A stretch of 64,000 nt of DNA from Octopus vulgaris (lineage: Eukaryota): positions 18,724,001-18,788,000 of the forward strand of contig OX597828.1 of NCBI GenBank assembly GCA_951406725.2, in the 5' to 3' direction. Each line of letters starts with the position of its first letter. The stretch's first letter is position 1. Shown here piece after piece: positions 50,160-63,583 of this stretch. The notes beneath the pieces are model-generated. The model was not told the origin of the DNA. It ran no database searches and worked only from the letters and a program-made list of their open reading frames with translations. A program made the translations under genes and the position numbers.

Positions 50160-51016
50160 TAGAAATATATATATAAGTATAACGAATGGAAGAAAAAAAT
50201 AAAAGTATAGACGTTACTTTATTCCAGGTTGGTATATCTCTTATTATAAAAGGCAGATTTTATCTGCCTCCCTTTGTCAGTTATAGAAATCTACAATATA
50301 GGATTTCTTCAATTACAATTTACCTAGCATTTTTAAGAGTAGAATGCATCGGGTTTTGCCAGGTCCAGTTTTTAAAATTTAAACTCCAATTAAGCAAAAT
50401 TTACAGAAAACTCACATTCTGGTGTGTATGTCAAATGCTTTTCTTAGTCTGGTTTACAGCACACGCAAACGCACACACACAGTGTGCAACGAATAAAGTG
50501 AAACTAGATGTAATATTTGTTTCTGTCTATCACGCTGATAGATACATGAGTAAAATGTATGGCAAGCTAACAGATAAGAGTGAGTGAAAATGTTCTTGGA
50601 AGAGAGTAAATAGCGACAGAGTGATTTGAGGAAGACTAAACTGAAAGTATGAAACAGTGTTTATGTATAAACAGACGACACTTATATAAACCCTTTCGTT
50701 ACCAAACCGCCCGAATTTACCTATTCATATTTAAATGAGAATATCAGAGTAAATCTCTTTAGTACATTCGTGAAAACACGTATTATACTTCGTAAACACT
50801 TCAAATACAGTTTTGTACAAAAATCGAAGTGTAATTTTAATTCCGTGAATTATGGGAGATTTTTTTCCGAAATTTGTTCCTATTGTGTTTTCAAAATTTG
50901 TAATTCTGACAAAAAATGGATACGAATTTCATTATATCAAGCAGCGAGTCAGAATTCGAAGGATTTTCTACTGAAGACCTTCATAAATCTAACTCTATGA
51001 CTGAAAAAAAAAAGCA

Positions 51017-51460
51017 TCTTTATATAAGAGTGAAGTTGTGTGTCTGTCTCCTACGATTTAGATTCGTAACTACTCCCACATTTTGCGGTGCAGTTTAACC
51101 AAAAGCGGGTATCTTATAGTCGTGATTCATATCGAGCCCTTCTGGGTATTAGCGCGCGTCTACGATGAGTCTACGATTTAAAAAAAATTACCATCATATT
51201 TTTCCATTTTAATGCATTTTTTTCGCTTTTATATAAGGGAAGTAACTCTCTAAAAATATCTACGATGTGTCAACGATTTAAAAAAAATTTACCTTAATTT
51301 TTTTCAATTTTTAATGCATTTTTTTGCTATTTTTTGGCTATAACTCTCTAAAAATGCTTATATTCTCTCTCTTTTACTCTTTTACTTGTTTCAGTCATTT
51401 GACTGCGGCCATGCTGGAGCTTCCCTTACAAACCCGCGCAACGCCGGGCGATACTGCTAG
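51017..51460 (+). mobile_element. Non-autonomous Helitron (may extend 5' to 50237)
   Basis: A|TCTTTATATAA start; CCCGCGCAACGCCGGG hairpin and CTAG|T end; 3' part shared with 17490-17867. Confidence 0.8.
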
Positions 51461-51821
51461 TATCCAATAAAAGTTCTATAGGTTGTTTCCAAGCCTAATT
51501 AATTCAAAACAAAACGAAATCACAAATTAGGCTTTTCCTCGGGAATTCATTCATATTGCAACGAATGGGTTCTACCAATAAAAATATAAAGACCTTTACA
51601 ATAGCCAAGGTAGTAATAAACAGTCAACAATTGAGGAGGAGTTAGACTTGGGGGGGGGTAGTTTGTCCCGTATTTGTCTCTCGTTGTGTATTTACGTACT
51701 TTTTTGGTAAGTAGCTTCCTTACCAATCACATGGTTCCGGGTTTCAGTCCCACTGCGTGGCACCTTGTGCAAGTGTCTTCTACTATAGCCTTGTGAGTGG
51801 ATTTGGTTGACGGAAACTGTC

Positions 51822-51852
<31 letters not shown>

Positions 51853-52547
51853 GTTCGTGTGTCTGTGTTTGTCCCCCCAACATCGCTTGACAACCGATGC
51901 TGGTGCATTTGCTGAAACGCTAAATTCCGGGAACCTAACCAAAGCAACACCTGTTTAGTGGTAGTGAAAGAAATACATACACACACACACACACACACAA
52001 TTTACGACGAGCTTCTTTCAGTTTCCGTCTACCAAATCCACTCTCAAGGTTTTGACCTAGGTGCCACGCAGTGGGACTGAACTTGAAATCATGTAGCGGG
52101 AAGCAAGCTTCTTACCACACACCCAAGCCTGCGCTTATACACGCACATTTACGATGGGCTTCTTTCAGTTTTCGTTTACCAAATCCACTCACAAGTTTTC
52201 GGTTGGCCTGGGGCTATACTAGGAGACACTTGTCCAAGGTGTCAAACAGTGGGTCCGAACCTGAACCATGAGGTTGGAAAGCAAGCTTTTTACCACACAC
52301 CCAACTCTGCGCCTACACACACACACACACACACACACAATCATGTTTTTGAGTTCTATTTGTATAACCAAATCTATTTTTGAAATATGTATTTTGATTC
52401 TTTTCTTACTTTATTGAAGAGACTGCGTGTGTATGTGTGTGTGTGTATGTGTGTGTACCCGCAAAATCAAACACACACGTACAGCTGAAGGCACTTATTG
52501 TGATCACTTCAAATGACAGTATCAAGTGATTATATAGCAATAATAAA

Positions 52548-52779
52548 GGCGGCGAGCTGGCAGACACGTTAGCGCGCCGGACGAAATACTTAGCGGTATT
52601 TCGTCTACCGCTACGTTCTGAGTTCAGATTCCGCCGAGGTCGACTTTGCCTTTCATCCTTTCGGGGTCGATAAATAAAGTTCCAGTTTCGCACTGGGGTC
52701 GATGTAATCAACTTAATCTGTTTGTCTGTCCTTGTTTGCCCCCCTCTATGTTTAGCCCCTAGTGGGCAATAAAGAAATA
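52548..52779 (+). mobile_element. SINE family B, full length
   Basis: Homology to 5178-5400. Confidence 0.9.
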
Positions 52780-53232
52780 TATATAGCAATAATATTCTGA
52801 GTGTGCTTGAGACCCAAAAGCTTTGATAACAATAACCGTTTGATAACATTATTCCCATTGTGATACCATGCAGCATTCGTAATGTGTGTGTGCGCGTGCG
52901 CTATATTGCTTGAAGCTCCACATTTACTTCGTTACTGCTCGGAGTTTTTCGTAGACCTTTTCTTTTTACTCTCTTGTCTGCAACATCCAGACGTGTGTGT
53001 GGTGTGAGTGTGTTTGAAATTTCGATATCGTTTTTAATAATTTGGAGTTTCTTTTCGTATATATTAATTTATTCATCTGTCTATTTATATTAATACCTTC
53101 TGGACTTATCGTTTTCAGTATTTCGCTTTTGTTAAAATGACAATGAATATAATATAAAGAGTACTATGTGGGTAACGCGCGAGGGTGGGTAGAGGTGAGT
53201 ACGAGAATGTATAGATATATAGACAGATAGAT

Positions 53233-53306
<74 letters not shown>

Positions 53307-54053
53307 GCAAAAACGGTGAGACAAACCTATGACAGGAGAGGGTGGTAAGGAAGGGAGGTAACAAAAGATGAGAAGTGGGTGGAAAATAAGGAGGGTGAGA
53401 GATATGAGAAAGAAAGAAGAAACGTGGCGTAAGCCCTATTCAAAAGTGAATCAGAAACGAACATCCCATCATTTGATCAACCCTAACCCCTCTCTCCTAA
53501 TCTACTTTACTCTTCTCAGCTCTACTAGTTCCTAAAAACACCCATGTTTCTTCCCCCCCTGTCCCCTGCTCTCCTAAATCCTTTGCCGCTTCTGTCTCCT
53601 TATTTTTGTTTTTATGATTTCTGTTTTTTTTTTTATGTTTAATGTCTTCTTTCTTATTATTCCATCAATAAAATGCCGACACAGGAGCTGTTTGTAAAAA
53701 AAAAAAAAGGCGGCGTGAACAAGTGGAACGAGAGATTAAGAGAGAGAGAGAGTAAGGCAGGGAGTAAGGCAGGCGGTGTTGGTAGGAGAGATAAAATATT
53801 AAGGTATATATGTCGTCAGTCAGTCAGTCAGTAATTGAAGATAGAAGGGAAAACGGAAAAGAAGAGGTGATGATGATGACGAGGAGGAGGCGGAGGAAGG
53901 GGAGAGAGAGAGAGTAATGGATGGGATAGGGATAGGGATGGTGAGGTTGAGATGAAGGTGAGTGAGTAGTGACAAAGAGAGAGAGGGTGGAGAGTGTATT
54001 TCAGTATTTCAATCTGAGAATAAGGGGAAATAGAAAGCGGGTATATTGCAACA

Positions 54054-54084
<31 letters not shown>

Positions 54085-55503
54085 GAGCGAGGGGACGAGA
54101 GTGGCGGGGGAGGAGAGGATGGAATACCAAAGTATTTTAATCATATTTTAGAGAAACATTTTTCTTGTTTCTTTTATGATTTTTACTATGTTTTTTTTTT
54201 CATTTTTTTTTTTTTTTTTTGGTTCTGAAAGAAAACTTGATGGTAAAAATAAATTATCGCTATAAAGAAACGATCATTATTATTATTATAAAAAGAAAAT
54301 AAATAAAAATGAAAAATAGAAATATAATAAATCATTATAAATTATGATTATCATTTATTATTATCATTATTATTATTATCATTATTATTGTTATTATTAT
54401 TATTATCTTTTTCATATTATCATTATTGAGGACGAGGGGGGGCCATGCTCCTGGTGTTTGCTATTGTTGAATATATATGTCTATCGTTATTCTAAAGGTA
54501 GTGATCTTGATGATGATGATGATGATGACGACAATGATGATGATGATGTTGACGATGACGACGACGACGACGACGGCAACAACGATAATGAGGACGATGA
54601 GGAGGAGGATGGTGACGACGTGATGATGAGGAGGAGGAGGAGGAGCAAGAGAACGAGAGAGAGGAAAAGGAAGAGGAGGACGAGAGAGAGCGACGACGTT
54701 GACGGAGATTGTGATAAGAATGACTTCCCTCCTCCTCCTCCTCATCGTCTTCTTCGTACTCGTCATCGAATGGAATTATGATAGATCATCATCATCATCA
54801 TCATCATCATCGGCAGCAGCTGTATCCTGAGCACCGTCGATAAGAGTCAAAGCAACGGGGGCCCAAAATATGTCGCAAAAATTCGCACGAAAAAATATCG
54901 TTGACGTCTTTTAGTAACGTCTGAGGTGGATCACCTCTCCGTGATCAATCGACCGGCTAGAAATAACAGTCAAATCTCTCTTAAATCATACATGTCTATA
55001 AAAAAAATAAATAAATAACGAAACAAAACAGAAATGACACACTGTGCAACGTAGTCCTAAATATGTATAAAAACAAAAGGCATGATAGTCACGGTTGGGA
55101 TACTTTTGATCATTTGTCTGCTTGATCAGCTGACTTAGGACAAAACAACACCGTTGTCTTTTAATTGATTAGATAACTACCAGTCACATTTTCCGTTATC
55201 AGTTTATTAGGGCCGCGTGTCTACAAACACAGCCAGGCTGAAATAATGTATTCTTCCAGGAGTGAATAAAAAATTCTCCAACTTAAGATGGGCTCCTTAG
55301 ATACTAACATGGTCCCACATATATGGATTCTAATGGCGCGTGGGCCCACTTACCATCGGGCAAGCTAGCAACCTGGCCAGTCCACCACTATATATATATA
55401 TAGTTAATCCAAACATGAAAACACAAAGAGAAAACACAACAACGCGAGGACGTGGAACAAATATAGTATTATTGGACGCTCAGGAAGGAAGGGAAGAAGG
55501 AGG

Positions 55504-55538
55504 GTTTAACGTTTCGAGCGGAGCTCTTCGTCGGAAAC
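55504..55538 (-). ncRNA. Minimal type I hammerhead motif, U4C variant (PLE remnant ~55405-55565)
   Basis: GUUU-CCGACGA-A-GAGC-ucc-GCUC-GAAAC-GUU-AAAC. Confidence 0.6.
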
Positions 55539-56545
55539 ATAGAAGGAAAGATCCAGAGAAGGGATATATGGGTGAGGTATGCATACAGACAGAGACAGAC
55601 AGATAGATAGATATAAAGCAAGTCAAATACGAAAAAAAAAAACCAATGCCAAAAGCTTAAACGACGTCCACAGTTAATAATTATTAAGTTCACAATCAAC
55701 AACAGAAACAAGTGAGGGAGTAGATGTTATGGAATAAAAGTAGAACGTTGCGGACACCATCTTTTCTCGAAGTGGGGGTAAGGTGATAATAAAAGATGAG
55801 AAAAAACACAGGCTGGTAAGGTTCACATGATCGACTTTTGACTCGCTTGAAGTGTGTGCGGGGGGGGGGGGAAACGTGTCTCTGTGTGTGCGTGGCCGTC
55901 ATCTAAGAATCTATGGGTGTAGAAAAAAAAAACAGGCAGACGGACATTTATCAATGCAGTAGGTATATGAAGTATTTATTCAATACAATATTATAGACTC
56001 ATTTTAGCCGATTGTAACAAACGGTTTCGTACACGAGAATTTATTTAGAGGCCAGATCTTGGCACTCATCAGAGTGTATATCTGGAGTGACATTCTTTTC
56101 CCTACAGCCTTTCTCATAAATGCTCAGACTGATTTTTCCTAAACTTTTGTGCACGGAACCGATTATTAAATCGGCTAATATAAGTCTATAATACTGCACT
56201 ATATATATCAGAGAGAGAGAGAGAGAGAGAGATACATACACAAAATCTGTGAGAACTTGGTTCCCTAATGACTCACCTCTGATACTGAATAACGTGTTAG
56301 ACATTTATAGGATGCAAATTAGTGGCCCCAAATTTTGGGAGTTACTACATTTGATGTATATATAAACGAACTGGTTCTTTGTTTCTCTCGGGGGGATCAG
56401 CTGATGAAAACACCTATCATGAGATTACAATAAGGGTCGAAAACTGACTATGGCTGTTCACTAGTTATTTTCAACCAAAGGAGAAATAGTACATTTGACA
56501 TGTTCGTACGCTTACCACGAAGGTTAACACTATATATATACATAC

Positions 56546-56595
<50 letters not shown>

Positions 56596-58288
56596 CTATG
56601 TATGTACGTACACATGTACAGACACACACGCACATACATATGTACATATACAGATGTGTGTGTGCCTTTCGCTGATGTATATAAGAAAGTAGATACGATT
56701 GTCCTTGAATCTTCCTGTCACCCTATATCCAACATCATCTTTGTTTCCCTGGTGACTTCTACTCCATTGCATAAATTGAAATGGTCTCCTTCAGTGCTGG
56801 ATTTAGACTTAACCAAAGCCGTAAACTGTGTAAAACCTGGAGACCGCTTGTAAACAAATCCGCCCCACAAGGCCACACACACATTGCAAACACATTACAC
56901 TTAATTATATCGAAGCCCTTGTGAATTTAGAGGCCCTTAAACTGCAGCTTAAGTTTATGCCTAAATCCACCACAAGTCTCGCAGTAGTGAATTTTAAAAC
57001 CTCTGTTACAGCAAGATCTGTTTAATTTATTCTTGAATATATTAATATATTTTGAATGTAACAGTAACTGAAGAAGGCTATCAAAATGTTTATATTTATA
57101 CGAAGTTTAAAGTGGCTGTATTTTTGAGTTATAAATGAAGTACCGTTTGGAGTTAGGTTTCTTTATGTTGACTTGATTTTAGTTATGCATTTATTAATGT
57201 ATTCCTTATCAATAAAATATTTCCAGTGACTCGGAGGAATGGTTTGTTTTGTTTTGTTTTTGTTTTTTTCTTGTTTGTTTGTTTGTTTTTTGTGGGGGTT
57301 TTTTTGTTATTTAGGAAGTGCAGCCAAGAGTAAAATATTTTAAGAAGCACTGATTGGTAAAAAATATTCCTGTAGAGTGAAAATGAAGTGAGTTATTGAT
57401 GGAAACAATAATGTAACAACGTTAACCCATGTTAATCCAGGTTAACCCTGTCGAAATTTTGAAGATAGTTACATAAATAGGGATAACAAACATATGGAAG
57501 CGTCCAGTTAACCTTTATTGCAGTAAATAAACCAAAATACAATTGTCCTCAAACGAGGACAGTGGGTTACGTAGCTCTTTTCTAATTTTGGCGCAATGCC
57601 AAGCTGTTTTGAGAGGAGGAGGCAAGGAGATGATATCAGCCTCCGATCTTCACTGGTACTTTATTTTATCGACCCTCGAAAGAATGAAAGGCAAAGCTGA
57701 CGAAAGTCTTTTTTCTAAAATCCTCTTTCGTCGTTGCTTTTGTTGTTGTTTAACTCCTGATCCTCCCTGATCGAGCTAATTTTCGATAAAGGAGTTGCAA
57801 GTCTCATGACTACCAGTCTAGTTTACTGTGCGATAACAGAGAGGGAAACATTAAAACGACTGATGTCAAACAAATCAACGTCGAAAAAGTGACGCCAATA
57901 AATCAACGTCACCAAAAATGCTGAGACACAACGTCTCATACCCATTATATATACTAACAGAAGACTACTTCCCGAACGGTTTTCTGCTAGTTACTAAATT
58001 GCATTTACACATTCGATTCCCAATATCAGCAATTTCTCGTCTAATTTTCCTCTGAACCTTTTGTCTGATAGTATGCACTCGCTCGATAAATTTAGGGCTC
58101 GAGTACAAACAGGAGCCCCGCCGAGTGTGTATCCTAATAACCTTGTGAACTCTGGATATACATTAATGATTGTTTCTACAAACATCTTACAGATGGTATA
58201 GATTATGATTATATCGGGATTTGTGGCGAAAATCTCTTTGCGAGATGAGTTTTGGATAATTCTCACACGTCTCGCGCCTATATAAATA

Positions 58289-58429
58289 TTAGGTTGTCCC
58301 AAAAGTTCGTAAACACTTGCGAAAATTGAATTTTTACTCGCCAAGTACTAACAAAGACAACAAAAATTATTCCTCAAAATGAAGACCATTATTTTCAAAG
58401 ACTTTCTACGAACTTTTGGGACAACCTTA
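58289..58429. mobile_element. Mariner-type MITE
   Basis: TA flanks; TIRs TTAGGTTGTCCCAAAAGTTCGTA / TACGAACTTTTGGGACAACCTTA. Confidence 0.85.
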
Positions 58430-58435
58430 TACATA

Positions 58436-58830
58436 GGTGCAGGAGTGGCTATGTGGTAAAAAGTTTGCTTCCCAACCACCGTGGTTCCGGGTTCAGTCCC
58501 ACTGCGTGGTACCTTGGGCCAGTGAATTCTACTATAGCCTCGGGCCGACTAAAACCTTGTGAGTGGATTTGGTAGACGGAAATTGAAAGAAGCCCATCGT
58601 ATGTATATATGTATATTTGTCTATGTGTGTATGTCTGTGTTTGTCCCCCATCACCACTTAGCAACCGGTGTTGGTGTGTTTACGTCACCGAAACTTTAGC
58701 GGTTCGCCAAAAAGAGACCGATAGAATAAGTACCCGGCTTAAAAATAAGTACTGGGATTGATTCATTCGACTAAAAATTCAAGGCAATGCACCAGTTTGG
58801 CCGCAGTCTAATGACTGAAACAGGTAAAAG
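58436..58830 (+). mobile_element. SINE family A
   Basis: Homology to other copies. Confidence 0.88.
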
Positions 58831-59154
58831 ATCAATTTTGCTTCCTTATGTCTTTCAGAAAAAATGGTTAATTTTTTAAATGGAACTTTTAACAAATAAC
58901 TTTGCAGTGGTTTAGATTACAATCACAAACGAATTTAATGTGGTGACAAAATGGGGAAAGAAACGGATATTTTATACATTTCGACCTTGTTTCCTCATCG
59001 TTTTTGGTGATTTAATTACAATTTGGGTGGGAGAAGCAATTACTATTGAGACTTATGCGATATCTACTATTTCTAGCATACTAATTGACTACGTGGGGGA
59101 GGACCACCACTGAGTTTGTTTAAAGGAAAGACGTTAAGATTGCGGTAAAACAAT

Positions 59155-60050
59155 CCTTTTTATTAAAAGCGCAAGGCCTGACATTTTCGGGGTGGGAACT
59201 AGGCGATTTCTTCGACTCCAGTGATAAACTGGTACTCATTTTATCGATCTTTAAAGGATGAAAGGCAACGTCCACCACAGCGGAATTTCAACACATAACG
59301 TAAAGAAAGACGAAATGCCGATAAGCCTTTACTCTTTTACTTCAGTCATATGACTGCGGCCATGCTGGAGCACCGCCTTTACTCGAGCGAATCGACCCCA
59401 GGACTTATTCTTTGTAAGCCTAGTACTTATTCTATCGGTCTCTTAGGCCGAACCGCTAAGTTACGGGAACATAAACACAACAGCATCGGTTGTCAAGCGA
59501 TGGTGTGGGGAACAAGCAGATACGCAAACATATACACAGACATACATATAAGTAAATACATATATACGACGGGCTTCCTTCAGTTTCCGTCTACCAAATC
59601 CACTCACAAGGTTTTGGTTGGCCAGAGGCTATAGTAGTGGGAATGAGACCGGAACCATGTGGTTCGGAAGCAAGCTACTTACTACACAACCACTCCTAAT
59701 TTCAAATTTTGGCACAAGGTCAGTAATTTTGGGAGATTAAGGAAGTCGACCCCCGGGGTCCAACAGGGGTTTCATCGGCCCCGAAAGAATGAAAAGCAAA
59801 GTCAACCTCGGTAGAATTTGAACTCAAAATACAAAGTTGGATGAAAATGCTGCTAAGCATTATTGCCCGGTGTGCTAACGATTCTACCAGCTCACCACTG
59901 CAACAAAATAATCCTTTCTGCTAAAGTCAGAAGGCTTGAAATTTTGAAGGAAGGGACTAGTCGATTACATCGACCCCAGTCCATAACTGGTACTTATTTT
60001 ATCGACCCAGAAAGGATGAAAGACAAAGTCGATCTCGGCGGAATTTGAAA
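59155..60050 (-). mobile_element. Cluster of family B SINEs with one family A SINE (59326-59697)
   Basis: Homology to other copies. Confidence 0.8.
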
Positions 60051-60642
60051 CTGCAATAAAATAATAAAAGAAATGAGAATTTGATATTTAATGCTAGCGT
60101 TGTACTCCGCTTCCTTTGAAGATTTCTTTCGAAGAATTTTCGGGAAAGGGTGGAATAGTCCTCAATATTATGTTTTCTTTTTCCAACATAAAAAACGATA
60201 ACTGCAATGAAATTATCAACATGTATGAAGAAAAAGTCAAGATACGTGAAATATCACCCTCCTCAACTTTTTTTTTTTCACGTTAAATTACGATATAATC
60301 GTAATCTACAGCACCTGAAAGGTATTTGTAGGAAATTTCATTATTAAAAACCCATTTTCCTGAAAGTTAGGAAGAGACGAAATTGGTGGGCGAAGAGGTA
60401 CACTTCTGCAGTTACGCCCAATCGGCCTAAGTAAATTCAAGTCAGTTTTCCCGTATGGCTTTCTATTCTTCAACAACACCCAACAAATACGAAACGATAC
60501 AAATACGAAAGAATCCGGATTAAACTTATAACTCTAGAAAATAGCTTTACAAATATTTAGGCAAACCAACAGCGGTTGTCATATAGTGAAAGGTAGGGAG
60601 AAGCACAAATACAAACACACACACACATATATGTGTGTGTGT

Positions 60643-60852
60643 ACTCTTTTCTCTTCCTTGTTTCAGTCGTTTGACTGTGGCCATGCTGGAGCACCGCCTT
60701 TAGTCGAACAAATCGACCCCAGGACTTATTCTTTGTAAGCCTAGTACTTATTCTATTGGTCTCTTTTGCCGAACCGCTAAGTTACGGGGACGTAAACACA
60801 CCAGCATCGGTTGTCAAGCGATGTTGGGGGTACGAACACAAACACATTAACG

Positions 60853-60903
<51 letters not shown>

Positions 60904-61643
60904 CACATATTATTTTCCCCCGTCTGTCTTGATAGACAATGGGTCGCGCCAAGGGTGGGGCCTACTTTGATGATGAGCAGCGTCTGCTGTGACTGAACAG
61001 TCCAATTCTAGAGTGGCAGTCCCTGGTACAGTTGCTGCACACGAACATCGTTGGGTACGTGTGGGGTGTTGCTGCAGTTGTCCTCCTCCTGTCCCGCCTG
61101 TCCGACCACAGCTGTGCTCTCCTTTCCTCAGCCATGGAAACGCCTTTCCTCACTGTCCGACGCCAGGCAGAGCGGTCAGCAGCTGTTACCTCCCACGTGT
61201 CCACACAGATGTTGGCAGTCTTCAGGTCGCGCTTGCACACATCCCTGTATCGTAGCTGTGGACGTCCCTTGGGTCGGGATCCCGTGGTGAGTTCGCTGTA
61301 CAGGATGTATTTAGGCATGCGACCGTCCTGCATGCGGCAGACGTGTCCGAGCCAGCGCAGTCGTCTCCGCACGAGGAGGGCATGCATGCTTGGCATATTA
61401 GTCTGTTCTAGGATGACTCCGTTTGGTACTCGGTCCTTCCAGGAGATGCCAAGGATCCGTCGAAGACACCAACACATACATATACGACGGGTTTCAGTTT
61501 CCGTCTACCAAATCCACTCACAAGGCTTTGGTCGGCTTGAGGCTATAGTAGAAGGCACTTGCCCAAGGTGCCACGCAGTGAGACTGAACCCGGAACCATG
61601 TGGTTGGTAAGCGAGCTACATACCACACAGTCACTCCTGCGCC
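60643..61643 (-). mobile_element. SINE family A split by an RTE LINE insertion
   Basis: 3' half 60643-60860, 5' half 61480-61643. Confidence 0.9.
60910..61470 (-). mobile_element. 5'-truncated RTE-clade LINE (ORF C-terminus plus short 3' UTR)
   Basis: Open frame 61470-60962: CLRRILGISWKDRVPN...RRLRWLGHVCRM..GRMPK.ILYSEL..G.RPKGRP...C-x2-C...H-x3-C zinc-binding motif; candidate TSD AACACATA at 60902-60909 and 61471-61478. Confidence 0.92.
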
Positions 61644-61644
61644 T

Positions 61645-61705
<61 letters not shown>

Positions 61706-62540
61706 TATATATATAAAGATGGGCTTCAACAAAGCCCATCTTTATATACCAATTTCTCTCACAAGACACTGGTCGAAAATAGTCGAAGATACATGCCCAA
61801 GGTAGCGCGCACTGGTATTGAACCCAAAACTATGTAGTTGCAAAGCGAGTTTCTTAAGCATACAGCTATGCCCCTGCTATATACATTACATACATAAAGT
61901 TCTCAGTCTTATCGTTAAAGGCACGAAACTGGGTATTAGCATTTTCTGGTTGGTAACTGAAGAAGAATTACAGTTCTTCTGTATTTCTCCTACGTATAGG
62001 TCTTGTAGTGTTCAATGCATTTTTCATTAATTGAGTAACCGAACGCCACGCATCCCAACTGTTATATATATATCTCTGTAATAATTAATAATGCATGGAT
62101 GAAATTTCTATATATTTTAATGCATCGCTACGCGCGTTTCCACAAATCACATGTTCCTTACGAGCATAGTCCGTATTCCTGGGCTGATTACAGTACATTC
62201 CGTTGTATCCATGGACAAGACATAAATAATGGTCATTCCATATTTCTTTATTGTAATAAACTTGACTTACAGTTGTTTCCTGTAGTCATTATAGGTTCAT
62301 TATTGAGAGGTTTACTCATTCGGTCCATTGATCGGTTGACAAACATTGAACGACATAAAGAATTAATGTTACTTTCCTCAAAGTCATTTCTGTGTGTGTG
62401 TGTGTGTGTGTGTGTTTATATATAGGTGTTCCTTCGGTGTTGGGCTAGAGTGTCGGTGTGAGGTGACGACGTTATTCGCCCTCTTTTTAAGAGTAGCTTT
62501 TTTTTATGTCATCAGACGTCGTCTACCACTACCGAGAGTT

Positions 62541-62577
<37 letters not shown>

Positions 62578-62579
62578 AA

Positions 62580-62710
62580 AAATTATATAGAAAAATACAA
62601 AATGGGACAAGAACGCAAAACACACAAAGAGACGACACAAAAAACGGACGGGTCATTCGAAGCCTCTAATCTTCAGTCAGGAACCGGATCATCCTAGCAA
62701 TTTCGGCTGA
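62580..62710 (-). mobile_element. Truncated relative of the 4165-4965 element with a partial permuted HHR motif
   Basis: AGCC-GAAA-UUGC-14 nt-UCCUGA-CUGAAGA-uuaga-GGCU; flanked by (TA)n. Confidence 0.6.
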
Positions 62711-62719
62711 TATATATAT

Positions 62720-62915
62720 ATAGGGAGAATTCACAAAAAAAAAAAACAAAGGACGAAGACAGGTGGTGTAGACAACAAACAGATGTATTAGTTTAACGGT
62801 CGGGAAGTGAAAAAGTCTTTAACGTTTCGAGCCTACGCTCTTCCACAGAAAGGAACAGAGAGAGAAACAAGGAGAGAAAATAAACAATGTGTAGTGGCTA
62901 GCGATCTATCATTGC
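62720..62915 (-). mobile_element. Penelope-like remnant with minimal HHR motif (62817-62852)
   Basis: CUUU-CUGUGGA-A-GAGC-guag-GCUC-GAAAC-GUU-AAAG; related to 1917-2083. Confidence 0.65.
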
Positions 62916-62929
62916 ATATATATATATAT

Positions 62930-63294
62930 GGAAGCACTCCGTCGGTTACGACGACGAGGGTTCCGGTTGATCCGAATCAATGGAACAGCCTGCTCGTGAA
63001 ATTAATGTGTAAGTGGCTGAGCACTCCACAGACACGTGTACCCTTAACGTAGTTCTCGGGAATATTCAGCGTGACACAGAGAGTGACAAGGCCGGTCCTT
63101 TGAAATACAGGTACAACAGAAACAGGAAGTAAGAGTGAGAGAAAGTTGTGGTGAAAGAGTACAGCAGGGATCACCACCATCCCTGCCGGAGCATCGTGGA
63201 GCTTTAGGTGTTTTCGCTCAATAAACACTCACAACGCCCGGTCTGGGAATCGAAACCGCGAGTCCGCTGCCCTAACCACTGGGCCATTGCGCCT

Positions 63295-63296
<2 letters not shown>
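62930..63296 (-). mobile_element. SINE family C
   Basis: Near-identical to 34009-34404 with a small deletion in the head. Confidence 0.92.
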
Positions 63297-63368
<72 letters not shown>

Positions 63369-63531
63369 AGGTGGAGGAGTGCATTTATTTATGTATAATA
63401 TTTCAAATTCTCAAAAGAAAAGATTTTATCTAAAATAGAATTATTTCAAACGAAACAACCCCGATTGATTTTGTATGTCTAAATATAATTTGTTACGTCC
63501 CATATCTAAATGGATATGTGTTCAAATGAAA

Positions 63532-63583
<52 letters not shown>

